Source of the DNA: Nemertoderma westbladi
Taxonomy: Eukaryota; Animalia; Xenacoelomorpha
NCBI GenBank assembly: GCA_032718475.1
Contig: JAUCBJ010000065.1
Span: 15,264 to 79,263, forward strand
Direction of reading: 5' to 3'
DNA length: 64,000 bases
Position 1 is the stretch's first letter, and the number at the start of each line of letters is the position of its first letter. Both the position numbers and the translations under genes were made by a program. The notes below the pieces were generated by a model. The model ran no database searches and was not told where the DNA came from. It saw only the letters and a list, made by a program, of their open reading frames with translations. Positions 38,201 to 47,824 of the stretch are shown here, piece by piece.

Positions 38201-41200
38201 CCTAGCCCTTACTAGTCCCACTAAATCTGTAGTACAGGCTCCACCCTAGCCCGTACTAGTCCTACTAACTCTGTAGTACAGGCTCCAACCTAGCCTGCAC
38301 TAGTCCTACTAACTCTGTAGTACAGGCTCCAACCTAGAGCCTGTACTAGTCCTACTAACTCTGTAGTACAGGCTCCACCCTAGCCTGTACTAGTCCTACT
38401 AACTCTGTAGTACAGGCTTCACCCTAGCCCGTACTAGTCCTACTAACTCTGGAGTACAGGCTCCAACCTAAACCTGTACTAGTCCTACTAACTCTGTAGT
38501 ACAGGCTCCAACCTAGCCTGTACTAGTCCTACTAACTCTGTAGTACAGGCTCCACCCTAGCCTGTACTAGTCCTACTAACTCTGTAGTACAGGCTCCAAC
38601 CTAGCCTGTACTGGTCCTACTAACTCTGTAGTACAGGCTCCAACCTAGCCTGTACTGGTCCTACTAACTCTGTAGTACAGGCTCCAACCTAGCCTGTACT
38701 GGTCCTACTAACTCTGTAGTACAGGCTCCAACCTAGCCAGTACTAGTCCTACTAACTCTGTAGTACAGGCTCCAACCTAGCCCGTACTAGTCCTACTAAC
38801 TCTGTAGTACAGGCTCCAACCTAGCCAGTACTAGTCCTACTAACTCTGTAGTACAGGCTCCAACCTAGCCCGTACTAGTCCTACTAACAGTACAATGACC
38901 ACTCAATACTGTACTGCTTGACATACTGACACATGTACACACAGTACTGATTATACTGAGCCTTTGTAGTTTGCCGATAATTGGAAGCGATCCGCCCCTT
39001 GTGAGTGCTGCGGTTTAAAAGAACAGTCGCGGACAAGGATAGTATATAGTAGAGACGACTGAATCTTTCGATGGTGGTCTGTTGCGGTTGCAACCCTAAA
39101 GCGGGCCGATGTTTGAAGTGCGTGTGCGCCTGTACGGGCAGAAAATGCACAGACTGCGCGCCTTCTAAGTGGGGAAACTGTACGAACTCTGGTGGACAAG
39201 TAGCGCGGTCCTCCAGTGCGGTCTCTCAACTTTCCTGCTCACAACCCCAGCCAACTAGAGATGCCTTGCAGATGCCTGCGCTAGGGACCCTTTCTCAGCC
39301 AACGGATAGCGCATTCGGTATATCCGGCAACGACACTCTGTTAGACTTAGACGATACAATAAATGGGGACAAAGTAAGCCAATCCCATCCTCTAATATCG
39401 GTTCCTAGCCAGTCGGATCCCCCATTGTCGGTTGATGCTCTGTCGGGTCCCCCAGTGTCGGTTGGTGCTCAGTCGGGTCCCCCAGTGTCGGTTAGTGCTC
39501 AGTCGGGTCCCCCAGTGTCGGTTGGTGCCCCGTCGGGTCCCTCAGTGTCGGTTGGTGCTCAGTCGGGTCCCCCAGTGTCGGATGGTGCTCAGTTAGGTCC
39601 CACAGTGCCGGCTGGCGCCCAGTCGGGTCTCCCAGTGTCGGTTAGTGCTCAGTCGGGTACCCCAGTGTCGGTTGGTGCCCCGTCGGGTCCCCCAGTGTCG
39701 GTTGGTGCTCAGTCGGGTCCCCCAGTGTCGGATGGTGCTCAGTTATGTCCCACAGTGTCGGCTGGTGCTCAGTCGGGTCTCCCAGTGTCGGTTAGTGCTC
39801 AGTCGGGTCCCCCAGTGTCGGTTGGCGCTAAGTCGGGTCCCCCAGCGTCGGTTAGTGCTCAGTCGGATTCCCCAGTGTCGTTTGGTGCACAGTCGGGTCC
39901 CCCAGTGTCGGTTGGTGCTCAATTGGGTCCCCCCGTGTCGGTTGGTGCTCAGTCAGGTCCCCCCGTGTCGGTTGGTGCTCAGTCGGGTCCCCCAGTGTTG
40001 GTTGGTGCTCAGTCGGGTCCCACAGTGTCGGTAGGTGCTGCGTCGGTTCCCCTGGTGTCAATCGGTGCTCATTCGGGTCAACCTGTGTCGGTTGGTGCTC
40101 AGACGCGTCCCCCTGTGTCGGTTGGTGCTCAATCGGGTCCCCCCGTGTCGGTTGGTGCTCAGTCAGGTTCCCCAGTGTCGGTTGGTGTCCAGTCGGGTCA
40201 ACCTCTGTCGGTTGCTGCTCAGTCGGGTCCACCTGTGTCGGTTGGCGCCCATTCTGGTCCCGATGTGCCTGTTGGTGCTCAGTCCAGTCCCCCAGTGCCG
40301 GTTAGTGCTCAGTCGGGTCCCCCAGTGTCAGTTGGTGCTCATTCGGGTCCTCCAGTATCGGTTGGTGGTCAGTCGAGTCCCGGAGTGTCGGTTGGTGCTC
40401 AGTCCGGTCCCCCAGTGTCGGTTGGTGCTCAGTCGGGTGGTACTCAGTCGGGTCAACCTGTGTCGGTTGGTGCTCTGTCTGGTCAACCTGTGCCGGTTGG
40501 TGCTCAGTCGGGTCCCCCAGTGTCGGTTGGTGCTCAGTTGGGTCCCATCATGCCGGTTGGTGCTCAGTCGGGTCAACGTGTGTCGGTTGGTGCTCAGTCG
40601 GGTCAACCTGTGCCGGTTGGTGCTCAGTCGGGTCCCCCAGTGTCGGTTGGTGCTCAGTCGGGTCCCCCAGTGTCGGTTGGTGCTCAGTCGGGTAAACCTG
40701 CGGCGGTTGGCGAGCAGTCCGGTCACCCAGTGTCGGTTGGTGCTCGGTCGGGTCACCCTGTGTCTGTTGGTGCTCAGTCGGGTCCCCCAGTATCGGCTGA
40801 TGCTCAGTCTGGTCGACCTTCGGCGGTTGGTGCTCAGTCCGGTCCCCCAGTGTCGCCAAACACTACAGTGCCTCCTACCGCCAGGGGGCACGGGTCTAAT
40901 GCTGTTGCCTGGTTTGGGACCAGCTTACATTTAGACGTGTTCGCCGAATCAGTCCATAAGGTGCACGACGCGATCGTACATTGGCGCCCCAACCTATTCC
41001 TCCTACCCCCCGGTGCGATCGGACGCGAAGTGGTTCAGGAGATGACTCGGCTGCTAAATATGTTTAATGCAGGGTCACTATCTGGCGAGGCGGCGCTCAC
41101 AGCGCAATTTATCTTACCCGCTCTGCTGCTACAGAAGCCCAGCCGCACTTCAACCACCGCGACCCACCGGAGAATTCTAGAACGCCGTATTTCTTCGTGG

Positions 41201-44200
41201 AAGTCAGGCGAGATTATCGAGCTGTTTAACGAGGCCAGGGCCATACAATCCCACCTCCCAAAGGTTTCGGCCCGGGCCAAACAACTCAGGAATACCGCGG
41301 CGGAGAGGGCTTTCTGTAAGCATATGTTAACGGGAAACGTTTCTGCGGCAGTGCGTACGCTGGATGAGATGGCCAAGGGTCAAGTGTTGAACCTGGATGA
41401 GGTAATCACCGACAAACATGGGGTTCGCAAGTCGGTTCGCGAGTTCCTCCTGGACAAACACCCCCCTCCAGCTCCAGCCCACGAGTCCACCCTTATCGGT
41501 GAGTCTGATGACGCTCCCGAATATCACAGCGTCATATTCGAGAGGATAGACGCTCAGTTGATCCAATCGATGTTTCTGCGCTTCCGGGGAACAGCAGGAG
41601 GGCCATCTGGTCTCGATGTCCAGGGCTGGAAGCACCTCGCGACACGGTTCCGCAACCCTTCTGTCGACCTGTGCACCAGCATCGCAAATACGGCGAAGAG
41701 GATGGCCCAATCTTCGAATGACCCGCGCGAGCTGGCATCCTTGCTAGCCGCCCGTCTCGTCGCTATCGATAAGTGTCCCGGGGTCCGCCCAATAGGAGTC
41801 GGAGAGGTCTTGCGGAGGGTCATCGGGAAGGCTATCATTAGCTGTATCTCGGAGGATCTCCAGAGCGTGGGCGGTACCACCCAGATGTGCTGTGGCCAGA
41901 AGGCAGGTATCGAGCACGCCATCCACAGCCTGAATGACGCGTTTGCGAGCGACGACTGCGAGGCGGTGCTGCAGGTGGACACGAACAACGCGTTCAACTC
42001 GTTGAACCGCGCCGCAGCACTGCACAATATCCGCCATGTCTGTCCCTCTCTCCACACCGTTGTATCGAACTGTTACTCCCTCCCAACGAAGCTTTACATA
42101 GGCGGGGAGTTCATATTATCGGCCGAAGGATCAACCCAGGGCGACCCCATTGCTATGCAGATGTACGCGATGGGATCGATGCCGCTGATCGGCGAGCTGG
42201 ACGACGCGTCGGAGGTCCTTCAGAAGTGGTATGCCGATGACGCGAACGCGGCGGGAACATTGGTAGAGCTCCGTAAGTTCTGGGACCTGTTGGCGGAACG
42301 AGGGCCGCTGTACGGTTACAACCCCACAAAGTGTCACTTGCTCGTAAAGCCGGATCTGCTGGAGGAAGCTAAGCGGATGTTCCCCGAGGAATGTTTTACC
42401 ATCGGGACTGCTGGGAACAATCTCCTCGGTGGAGTGATCGGGAACGCTGAGTACCGGGAGGAGTTCGTCCGGAAGAAGGTCGACGAGTTTGTCGCCCAGT
42501 TACATCAACTCAGCAAGGTCGCAGCAATCGACCCGCACTGTGCCTACGCCGGCCTAGCCATCGGATTAGTTGCTCGATGGAGGTTCATCGCAAGGGTTGT
42601 CCCGGGGGCCATGGATTTCTTCGAGAAGCTCGAGGAGTCCGTCGTCCAGTTCCTCCAGGGCCTGACCAACCGCCCCGTCATCACTCCCGAGGAGCGCGGG
42701 CTGCTCTCGCTACCAGTTCGCCACGGCGGGCTAGCGATCCCGACTCCCGAGGACTTACGAATCGAAAACGGCAACTCCAGGTGGATCTGCGAACCGTTTA
42801 CGGAGGTCGTGGAACCGGTCGCTATAAGGGAGGCGCAAAAGTTCATCGCCACCCGGATCAAGGCGAGGGCCGTGCCGGCACTGAAGGAGAAGGTGGAGTC
42901 GGTTAGTTCGGACCTACCCGAGAATCAACGGAGGTTGACGGAGCTCATGGCGGAACCTGGCGCCTCGGCCTGGCTTAACGCGCGCCCCATAACCCTCCAC
43001 GATACCCACCTAACTAAAGAGGAGTTCCACGACGCATTGTGTCTGCGTTATGGGTGGCAGCCCGAGTCGCTCCCAGCCCGTTGTGCCTGTGGGACAAGAT
43101 TTTCAACAAACCACATCTTGTCTTGTCCCACCGGCGGTTACCCGTCAATTAGGCACAACAAGCTCCGGGATTTCGTCGCCACAACGTTAACCGAGGTCGC
43201 TCATAACGTTGCCATCGAGCCGCACCTGCAGCCAATCACCGGCGAGCAGTTCTCCCGCACGTCCACTTCCGTGGACCAACAAGCTCGGTTGGACGTGTCG
43301 GTCTCCGGGTTCTGGGGGAATCGATATCAAAAGACGTACATAGATGTATCCGTCTTCAACCCCCTCGCCCCGACCAACGCCGCAATGGACGTCGACGCAG
43401 CCCACCTATTCCACGAAACCCGGAAACGCAACAAATATCTGGAACGGATCCGGGAAGTCGAGCACGCCACGTTCACCCCGCTGATATTCTCAGCGTTGGG
43501 GGGAATATCTCCCTCCACGACGCTGTTCGTGAAGCACCTCGCTTCAAAGCTGGCGGTGGCGGACCGGCGCGAGCTGCGCTACTCGGAGTGCGTGAGCTGG
43601 GTGCGGAGGCAGTTCAGCTTCGCGCTGCTGCGGGCCTCCCTGATGTGCATAAGAGGGTCGAGATCGGCACGGAAACGCCCAGTATTTGTTGGGGCAGAAG
43701 CATCGCCGTCCATCTTGCTGGCCAACGCCGACACAAGGGTGGGACAGTAGAGTCAGGAACTCATACCGGTATCATAAACAATTTCAAAATCAGTTTAATT
43801 ATTTTATATTATTTAATTCCCTTGTATGGTTTAAATTTCCCGCCTTTTGCTCATTTGGTAATATAAACAACAAGAGGGTACTGTTAAAAAAAAAAAAAAA
43901 ACTACTAACTACCTACTAACTCTGTAGTACAGGCTCCAACCTAGCCCGTACTAGTCCTACTAACTCTGTAGTACAGGCTCCAACCTAGCAAGTACTAGTC
44001 CTACTAACTCTGTAGTACAGGCTCCAACCTAGCCCGTACTAGTCCTACTAACTCTGTAGTACAGGCTCCAACCTAGCCAGTACTGGTCCTACTAACTCTG
44101 TAGTACAGGCTCCAACCTAGCCAGTACTAGTCCTACTAACTCTGTAGTACAGGCTCCAACCTAGCCTGTACTGGTCCTACTAACTCTGTAGTACAGGCTC

Positions 44201-44465
44201 CAACCTAACCTGTACTGGTCCTACTAACTCTGTAGTACAGGCTCCAACCTAGCCTGTACTAGTCCTACTAACTCTGTAGTACAGGCTCCAACCTAGCCTG
44301 TACTAGTCCTACTAACTCTATAGTACAGGCTCCAACCTAGCCTGCACTAGTCATACTAACTCTGATTTCTAGAGGCAATTGCCTTAGCATCCAATCGTTT
44401 ATTTTCCCCTTAGCTTGAAACTCCTTTGCTTCACTCGAAATCCTCAAGGCGTCATGGGGAGTCAT
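14219..44465 (-). CDS. Five-exon gene, uncharacterised protein of about 304 aa; exons 44465-44361, 19240-18894, 16616-16485, 15365-15243, 14426-14219
   Basis: All junctions GT-AG with compatible phases (0,2,2,2), giving a 915-nt stop-free frame [10 protein letters not shown]...LPLEIR|[15 protein letters not shown]...GVPR|YWPRIQ...FICR|VPLKMIL...RVLTL|ALEDVDC...KTPELL*; exon 1 linkage across 25 kb is inferred. Confidence 0.7.
17650..18625. repeat. Degenerate (CACTA/CACTG)n pentanucleotide microsatellite in intron 2
   Basis: Direct reading of the sequence. Confidence 0.9.
19691..21869. mobile_element. Non-autonomous DNA transposon with ~160-180-bp TIRs, a 99-bp tandem duplication (19962-20160) and a 68-bp minisatellite
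   Basis: 19691-19870 is the reverse complement of about 21645-21869 (gggtcttattccctcagatactacctagcatttagggccacttgggcc...). Confidence 0.7.
20315..20925. repeat. 68-bp minisatellite, about 9 copies; dispersed relatives near 61885 and 63605-63760
   Basis: ccgcctctgtaa recurs near 20335, 20403, 20471, 20539 and 20607. Confidence 0.85.
22090..24500 (+). repeat. 44-bp hairpin satellite, block 1 (about 55 units)
   Basis: Unit gtacaggctccaacctagcctgtactagtcctactaactctgta; period 44 (22090, 22134...). Confidence 0.95.
24501..26736 (+). mobile_element. 5'-truncated, frameshifted CRE-clade non-LTR retrotransposon (RT plus restriction-like endonuclease), family A
   Basis: [34 protein letters not shown] knuckle, DVSVFNP...E.RK..KY nuclease motifs over ORFs 24557-26547; poly(A) to 26736; 14-bp TSD ttacaggctccaac at 24487-24500 and 26737-26750. 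Confidence 0.88.
26737..27180 (+). repeat. 44-bp satellite, block 2 (about 10 units)
   Basis: Same unit and orientation as block 1. Confidence 0.95.
27149..28213 (-). CDS. DEDDy (WRN/EXD/RNase D-like) 3'-5' exonuclease, C-terminally truncated by satellite; accessory ORF of the BEL element
   Basis: ExoI CLIYDNEG; WRN-exo-like [26 protein letters not shown] (ExoII); CVDTQTL; W...YIVM at the ExoIII position; last ~10 codons come from satellite. Confidence 0.7.
   Translation of the reverse strand: MDPNRQIIGELLNTIDLLEYPQPGSPNFDTKWNALINENVRVVKFSGREGPDSRNLRELRLTDVSTRLKRTRNAKATGGDELSFWETFQQSVYKSRCLIYDNEGNATPTSKAITLAQCQSFVDDKSTYLIHWGNLAECTATLREERISVIQNRDDYQEKYGMKEYGRSLVVVLGTLDGLVLVCRIFPTPKQEVRTASAIWLLPPEIQQILFDLYIIKIGSDIKADVRNDYANAPFGRNRQEDLNAISHCVDTQTLLAWSRSAEFMRGFREVRRTKSGIGYLGVLNGGIDFKPQKFQDYNKIYCGYMELEIKSERESRWKDVERKWTIHHKWENPERRNYIYIVMEYRVSRTSTG
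28780..29222. repeat. Partial tandem repeats (about 3 copies) between integrase and the exonuclease ORF
   Basis: ctagttacaccgcctacgcccc near 28830, 29010 and 29177; acccaccagaataac also repeated. Confidence 0.75.
29492..36135 (-). pseudogene. BEL/Pao gag-pol polyprotein disrupted by stops and frameshifts
   Basis: Gag core [11 protein letters not shown] (DUF1759-like), three Zn knuckles ([29 protein letters not shown]), protease [18 protein letters not shown] and YVDD, RNase [18 protein letters not shown], integrase GVDCFGP/SDNGTNF, C-terminal WPVARV...RPIQRL. Confidence 0.9.
36132..36323 (-). CDS. Small 63-aa ORF upstream of gag; its stop overlaps the gag ATG (ATGA)
   Basis: ATG-started, globular-looking sequence; TGA 36134-36132 overlaps ATG 36135-36133. 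Confidence 0.4.
   Translation of the reverse strand: MEVSITPIDIIQVEPGIWHIEVEVQGTNVRRFRITVRVVQAEYETYEELFYDIAYLAINEALE
36530..37923 (-). repeat. Putative 5' LTR of the BEL element with four internal ~72-bp structured repeats; inner boundary uncertain (candidate ..AACA ends near 36828, 36585 or 36529)
   Basis: TGTT start at the satellite junction; non-coding; ATTAAA on the minus strand near 36700; no second LTR to confirm. Confidence 0.55.
37924..38888 (+). repeat. 44-bp satellite, block 3 (about 22 units)
   Basis: Same unit and orientation. Confidence 0.95.
39071..43750 (+). CDS. 1559-aa retrotransposon protein: Cys-rich (CXC-like) N-terminus, 10-aa repeat tract, reverse transcriptase, Zn knuckle, restriction-like endonuclease
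   Basis: CGCN...[14 protein letters not shown]; [25 protein letters not shown]; CACG...HILSC; RHNKLRD; RLDV...IDVSV...ETRKRNKY. Confidence 0.92.
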   Translation: MVVCCGCNPKAGRCLKCVCACTGRKCTDCAPSKWGNCTNSGGQVARSSSAVSQLSCSQPQPTRDALQMPALGTLSQPTDSAFGISGNDTLLDLDDTINGDKVSQSHPLISVPSQSDPPLSVDALSGPPVSVGAQSGPPVSVSAQSGPPVSVGAPSGPSVSVGAQSGPPVSDGAQLGPTVPAGAQSGLPVSVSAQSGTPVSVGAPSGPPVSVGAQSGPPVSDGAQLCPTVSAGAQSGLPVSVSAQSGPPVSVGAKSGPPASVSAQSDSPVSFGAQSGPPVSVGAQLGPPVSVGAQSGPPVSVGAQSGPPVLVGAQSGPTVSVGAASVPLVSIGAHSGQPVSVGAQTRPPVSVGAQSGPPVSVGAQSGSPVSVGVQSGQPLSVAAQSGPPVSVGAHSGPDVPVGAQSSPPVPVSAQSGPPVSVGAHSGPPVSVGGQSSPGVSVGAQSGPPVSVGAQSGGTQSGQPVSVGALSGQPVPVGAQSGPPVSVGAQLGPIMPVGAQSGQRVSVGAQSGQPVPVGAQSGPPVSVGAQSGPPVSVGAQSGKPAAVGEQSGHPVSVGARSGHPVSVGAQSGPPVSADAQSGRPSAVGAQSGPPVSPNTTVPPTARGHGSNAVAWFGTSLHLDVFAESVHKVHDAIVHWRPNLFLLPPGAIGREVVQEMTRLLNMFNAGSLSGEAALTAQFILPALLLQKPSRTSTTATHRRILERRISSWKSGEIIELFNEARAIQSHLPKVSARAKQLRNTAAERAFCKHMLTGNVSAAVRTLDEMAKGQVLNLDEVITDKHGVRKSVREFLLDKHPPPAPAHESTLIGESDDAPEYHSVIFERIDAQLIQSMFLRFRGTAGGPSGLDVQGWKHLATRFRNPSVDLCTSIANTAKRMAQSSNDPRELASLLAARLVAIDKCPGVRPIGVGEVLRRVIGKAIISCISEDLQSVGGTTQMCCGQKAGIEHAIHSLNDAFASDDCEAVLQVDTNNAFNSLNRAAALHNIRHVCPSLHTVVSNCYSLPTKLYIGGEFILSAEGSTQGDPIAMQMYAMGSMPLIGELDDASEVLQKWYADDANAAGTLVELRKFWDLLAERGPLYGYNPTKCHLLVKPDLLEEAKRMFPEECFTIGTAGNNLLGGVIGNAEYREEFVRKKVDEFVAQLHQLSKVAAIDPHCAYAGLAIGLVARWRFIARVVPGAMDFFEKLEESVVQFLQGLTNRPVITPEERGLLSLPVRHGGLAIPTPEDLRIENGNSRWICEPFTEVVEPVAIREAQKFIATRIKARAVPALKEKVESVSSDLPENQRRLTELMAEPGASAWLNARPITLHDTHLTKEEFHDALCLRYGWQPESLPARCACGTRFSTNHILSCPTGGYPSIRHNKLRDFVATTLTEVAHNVAIEPHLQPITGEQFSRTSTSVDQQARLDVSVSGFWGNRYQKTYIDVSVFNPLAPTNAAMDVDAAHLFHETRKRNKYLERIREVEHATFTPLIFSALGGISPSTTLFVKHLASKLAVADRRELRYSECVSWVRRQFSFALLRASLMCIRGSRSARKRPVFVGAEASPSILLANADTRVGQ
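39410..40856 (+). repeat. Coding 30-bp tandem repeat ([10 protein letters not shown])n, roughly 48 copies
   Basis: cagtcgggtcccccagtgtcggttggtgct repeated in frame. Confidence 0.95.
43902..44363 (+). repeat. 44-bp satellite, block 4 (about 10 units), ending on the exon-1 splice donor
   Basis: Last unit tagtcatactaactctg merges into exon sequence at 44361. Confidence 0.95.
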
Positions 44466-45994
44466 TATTTTATTAAAATTCTAAAATGTGGAGTCCGTAC
44501 TTGGCGTCGAATTATTAGAAATTACATACATGAAAAATTGTAAATTTATATTTGTTAATTACTTGGAAAATCATTAATTAAAATCGTTATAATATATTTT
44601 ATTACTACCTGTAGTATTTACTTAACATGCTTGAATATAATGTGAAATAATTCTTAAAAAATTGGAATAAAATGTAATATTATTAATAGTAATAATCTTT
44701 ACATAGTTTGCACCAAAGTAACATATACAATAATTAATACGAGTTCTGGTATTTGACTTTTTAATAATAACTATTTAAGTAATTTGATAAATTAAATTAT
44801 CTTAGTTAAGTAATTTCATTAAAGAGAACAAAGTAATTTGATAAGATAAATTTCCTTAGTTAATTAATTTCATTATAATATTTTTTAAATTTGATCATGT
44901 TTTTGCTCTTAGAATAACGCATTAGAATGAATAATACTGTACCGGTAGTGCTTATTTCAAACCACCAAATACCTGCGAAAATAAACATCATTGATTCTGC
45001 AACGCAGTGATTGTTAATTATCTGGTGGCTCTAACAAACACTCACTTAGCCTTACATAATATACTATGAGCAACTTGGCAACGTAATAATAATATTACAT
45101 TTATCCTGACAACATTATACTGTAATTCAACGCTCTACTGCACGAGGATTCCCAGTAAGCTTTGATTTAACTTCATAATTATAGCCAGTCGCTTTTATTA
45201 ATAGTCGTAAGTCCTTCATATATTGGAATAACTCGAGATATACCGTAATGTATTGTACCGCAGTAAGAAGGGTGGAGTGTTATTTTTTTTAAATATAAAG
45301 CTGGGTGGAAAAGCTGCGAAATAAGTAAAAAATGAAAATTATAAAGTTTTTTTTAATTTCATAAACACATCTTTCCTTCCCCTATCTTATTCCTTACAGA
45401 TTTCGGGCTTGGGCCATGAGGTAGGTCCTCCCACAAAAATTTAACGAAAAATTTAAACGGGATGGAAGAGCCCGCAAAGCATAGCCCGGTAGCCCGCAGT
45501 CAGCGAAAATCGATTGGTTACTTTTTTTTTAACCATTTAGTTGTCCTTTTACGTGAGTTGTGTAAAGTTTGACTTTGACACAGGGAAATTTAAAGTAACG
45601 ACCCGTTCAAGATCCACAACTAATTCTATGGAAGCTTATCAACCTGAACAGAGTACTGGTAGAACAAATACATATCCGTAAATGTTACCTACAGTATCTA
45701 CGGTGGCTGATCTTTACGGTGGCTGATTTGGGCCAATTAGATTAGGATTTTTTCTTTTTCTGGGTGATAATATTATCACCCGGGTGATAAATAATATCAC
45801 CCGGGTGATAAATAATATCACCCGGGTGATAAATAATATCACCCGGGTGATAAATAATATCACCCGGGTGATAATTATTGTCACCCGGTTGATAATTAAT
45901 ATCACCCATGGTGTTGATTTATCGTTCTTTTCCAGACTGTGTACCGGTCCGGTGATCCTCACCTAATAATGTTTACATATATGTAAGATACTGT

Positions 45995-47155
45995 ATGTAT
46001 GTTAGGCTAGATTGTTTATTAGATTGTTTTGCTGTTTTGTACAGTATGAATAATGTAATTGAGTTGGTTTCTGACTATTTCTGGTCTGGATTTTCGAATT
46101 CGGATATCTCAAAGTTGCTGAAGAGTAAGAATATCGAAATCTCTGTCAGAACAACGAGAAGAATTTTGAAAGTTTTGGGTCTTAGTAGAAGGCTGAATCC
46201 AAACAGATTTAATGATATACTGGCCGCTATCTTTAATGAAATCGAGACAAGTTCATCTGGTTTATATAATTCTACCGGTTATCGCCAAATGCAAAAACAT
46301 AAACTATTCGCGCCAAGGAGTATTGTAGCCGCACTTTTAAAGATTATTCGAAGAACATATAGATCTAAAGGACCAAACTACCTGGTACACATAGACGGAT
46401 GGGATAAATTAAAGCCATTTGGTCTAACAGTTCATGCGGCTATTGATGGTTTTAGTCGAAAAGTGCTGTGGTTAAAGTGTCACAGATCAAATAATGACCC
46501 ATTTCTGGTTGGGGAATACTTCTTAGATTTTATCAAAGAGCACAACGCAATTCCACGTCGAGTCAGAAGTGACCGCGGGACTGAGAATGTCAATGTTGAA
46601 ATAATTATGAAATACTTGTATTCTATATCTAACCCACAAGCCAACTACCACTTCCGTCCTTTCCTATACGGGAAAAGTTCTAGGAATCAAAGAATCGAGT
46701 CCTGGTGGTCAAAGTTCCCAGGCCTCGGAATGGATCAGTGGCTCTATCATTTCTTGGAACTTGAGATTCGCGGGGCATTGGACACATCCGACTATTTAGA
46801 AATCGAAATTGTGCGATTCGTTTATGTCGATTTATTACAACGATCATTAGATGATATTTGTTCACGGTGGAACTCTCACAGGCTAAGAAAGAGCGGAGTA
46901 ATTGCATTGGCGGGCAAACCACAACTATTATACCTCGAACAACCAAATTACTTACAACCAACCAACCAATACAATATTGAACTTATGTCCGTTTTCGGAT
47001 ACAAGTTACCTTTTTGTAATAAAACCGTGAACGAACTCTGCGAACTATATCTTCAAGATGATAATAACGTTCGTCATCCCGATCATTGTGAAAACTTGTT
47101 TCACTGCTCGCAAACATACATGTACTTACGGAACAAGATTCATCTGGATCTGTAA
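45995..47155 (+). CDS. DDE integrase-core transposase (IS3EU-like), possibly with small internal deletions
   Basis: GYRQM, HIDGWDKLKPFG, HAAIDGFSR, RSDRGTEN, SSRNQRIESWW, WNSHRLR. Confidence 0.85.
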   Translation: MYVRLDCLLDCFAVLYSMNNVIELVSDYFWSGFSNSDISKLLKSKNIEISVRTTRRILKVLGLSRRLNPNRFNDILAAIFNEIETSSSGLYNSTGYRQMQKHKLFAPRSIVAALLKIIRRTYRSKGPNYLVHIDGWDKLKPFGLTVHAAIDGFSRKVLWLKCHRSNNDPFLVGEYFLDFIKEHNAIPRRVRSDRGTENVNVEIIMKYLYSISNPQANYHFRPFLYGKSSRNQRIESWWSKFPGLGMDQWLYHFLELEIRGALDTSDYLEIEIVRFVYVDLLQRSLDDICSRWNSHRLRKSGVIALAGKPQLLYLEQPNYLQPTNQYNIELMSVFGYKLPFCNKTVNELCELYLQDDNNVRHPDHCENLFHCSQTYMYLRNKIHLDL

Positions 47156-47213
47156 ACTTATATATTATATTATGCCCAACATTTTCACCACTGTTGTTGG
47201 TTGTTTATACTAA

Positions 47214-47482
47214 GGGGCCATCCATAAATGACGTCACACAGGGAGGAACGGGGGGGGGGGGTTACACTATTTCGTGACGATGTGAGACAGCGGGGGGGGG
47301 GGGGGGGGGGGGGGCGTAAAATTCACTTAACAATAGTAAATAAAATAATAATTTACAGTTGATTTTAAAATAATGATTTTTTTCTAAATTTAATTCATTA
47401 ACAAGTTCATTTTATAATGTGTGACATGGGGGGGGGGGGGGGAATGTCCCAAAAAATCGTGACGTCATTTATGGATGACCCC
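47214..47482. mobile_element. PIF/Harbinger-type MITE inside the IS3EU element
   Basis: TIR ggggccatccataaatgacgtcac / gtgacgtcatttatggatgacccc; TAA on both sides. Confidence 0.8.
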
Positions 47483-47824
47483 TAATAAGATTTTTTTAGT
47501 TAAATTTTAATGACTAAACCAGTTGGAGTGTTCGGTGATAATATGTATGTATTGTAGATCGTTATAACGAAAATATTTTGATTAAAACACAACACAATCA
47601 AATTATTATAATTAAAAAGAACAATAATCAAATACAAACACAATAATTATCTACAATTAACAGTATAACACAATAATGGAAGATCAGTCCGTTAAGGTTT
47701 ATTAATAAAACCGTGAGTCTTATTTGAACATCTATGATTTATCTCGATCTATGATTTAATGATTTTGATTTAATGAGTCCTATTAATTAAAAACATTCCC
47801 ATTCTTGGATATAAGAGCACTAGA

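Larger units (their letters stand above)
38889..43901 (+). mobile_element. Full-length CRE-clade non-LTR retrotransposon, family B
   Basis: About 180-bp 5' UTR, single intact ORF, short 3' UTR, poly(A) 43886-43901; ctactaac duplicated at 38881-38888 and 43902-43909. Confidence 0.9.

Noticed and set aside
39645-43518. Alternative-frame and antisense ORFs over the CRE element (likewise over the BEL element)
   Set aside because: Shadows of GC-rich or repetitive coding sequence
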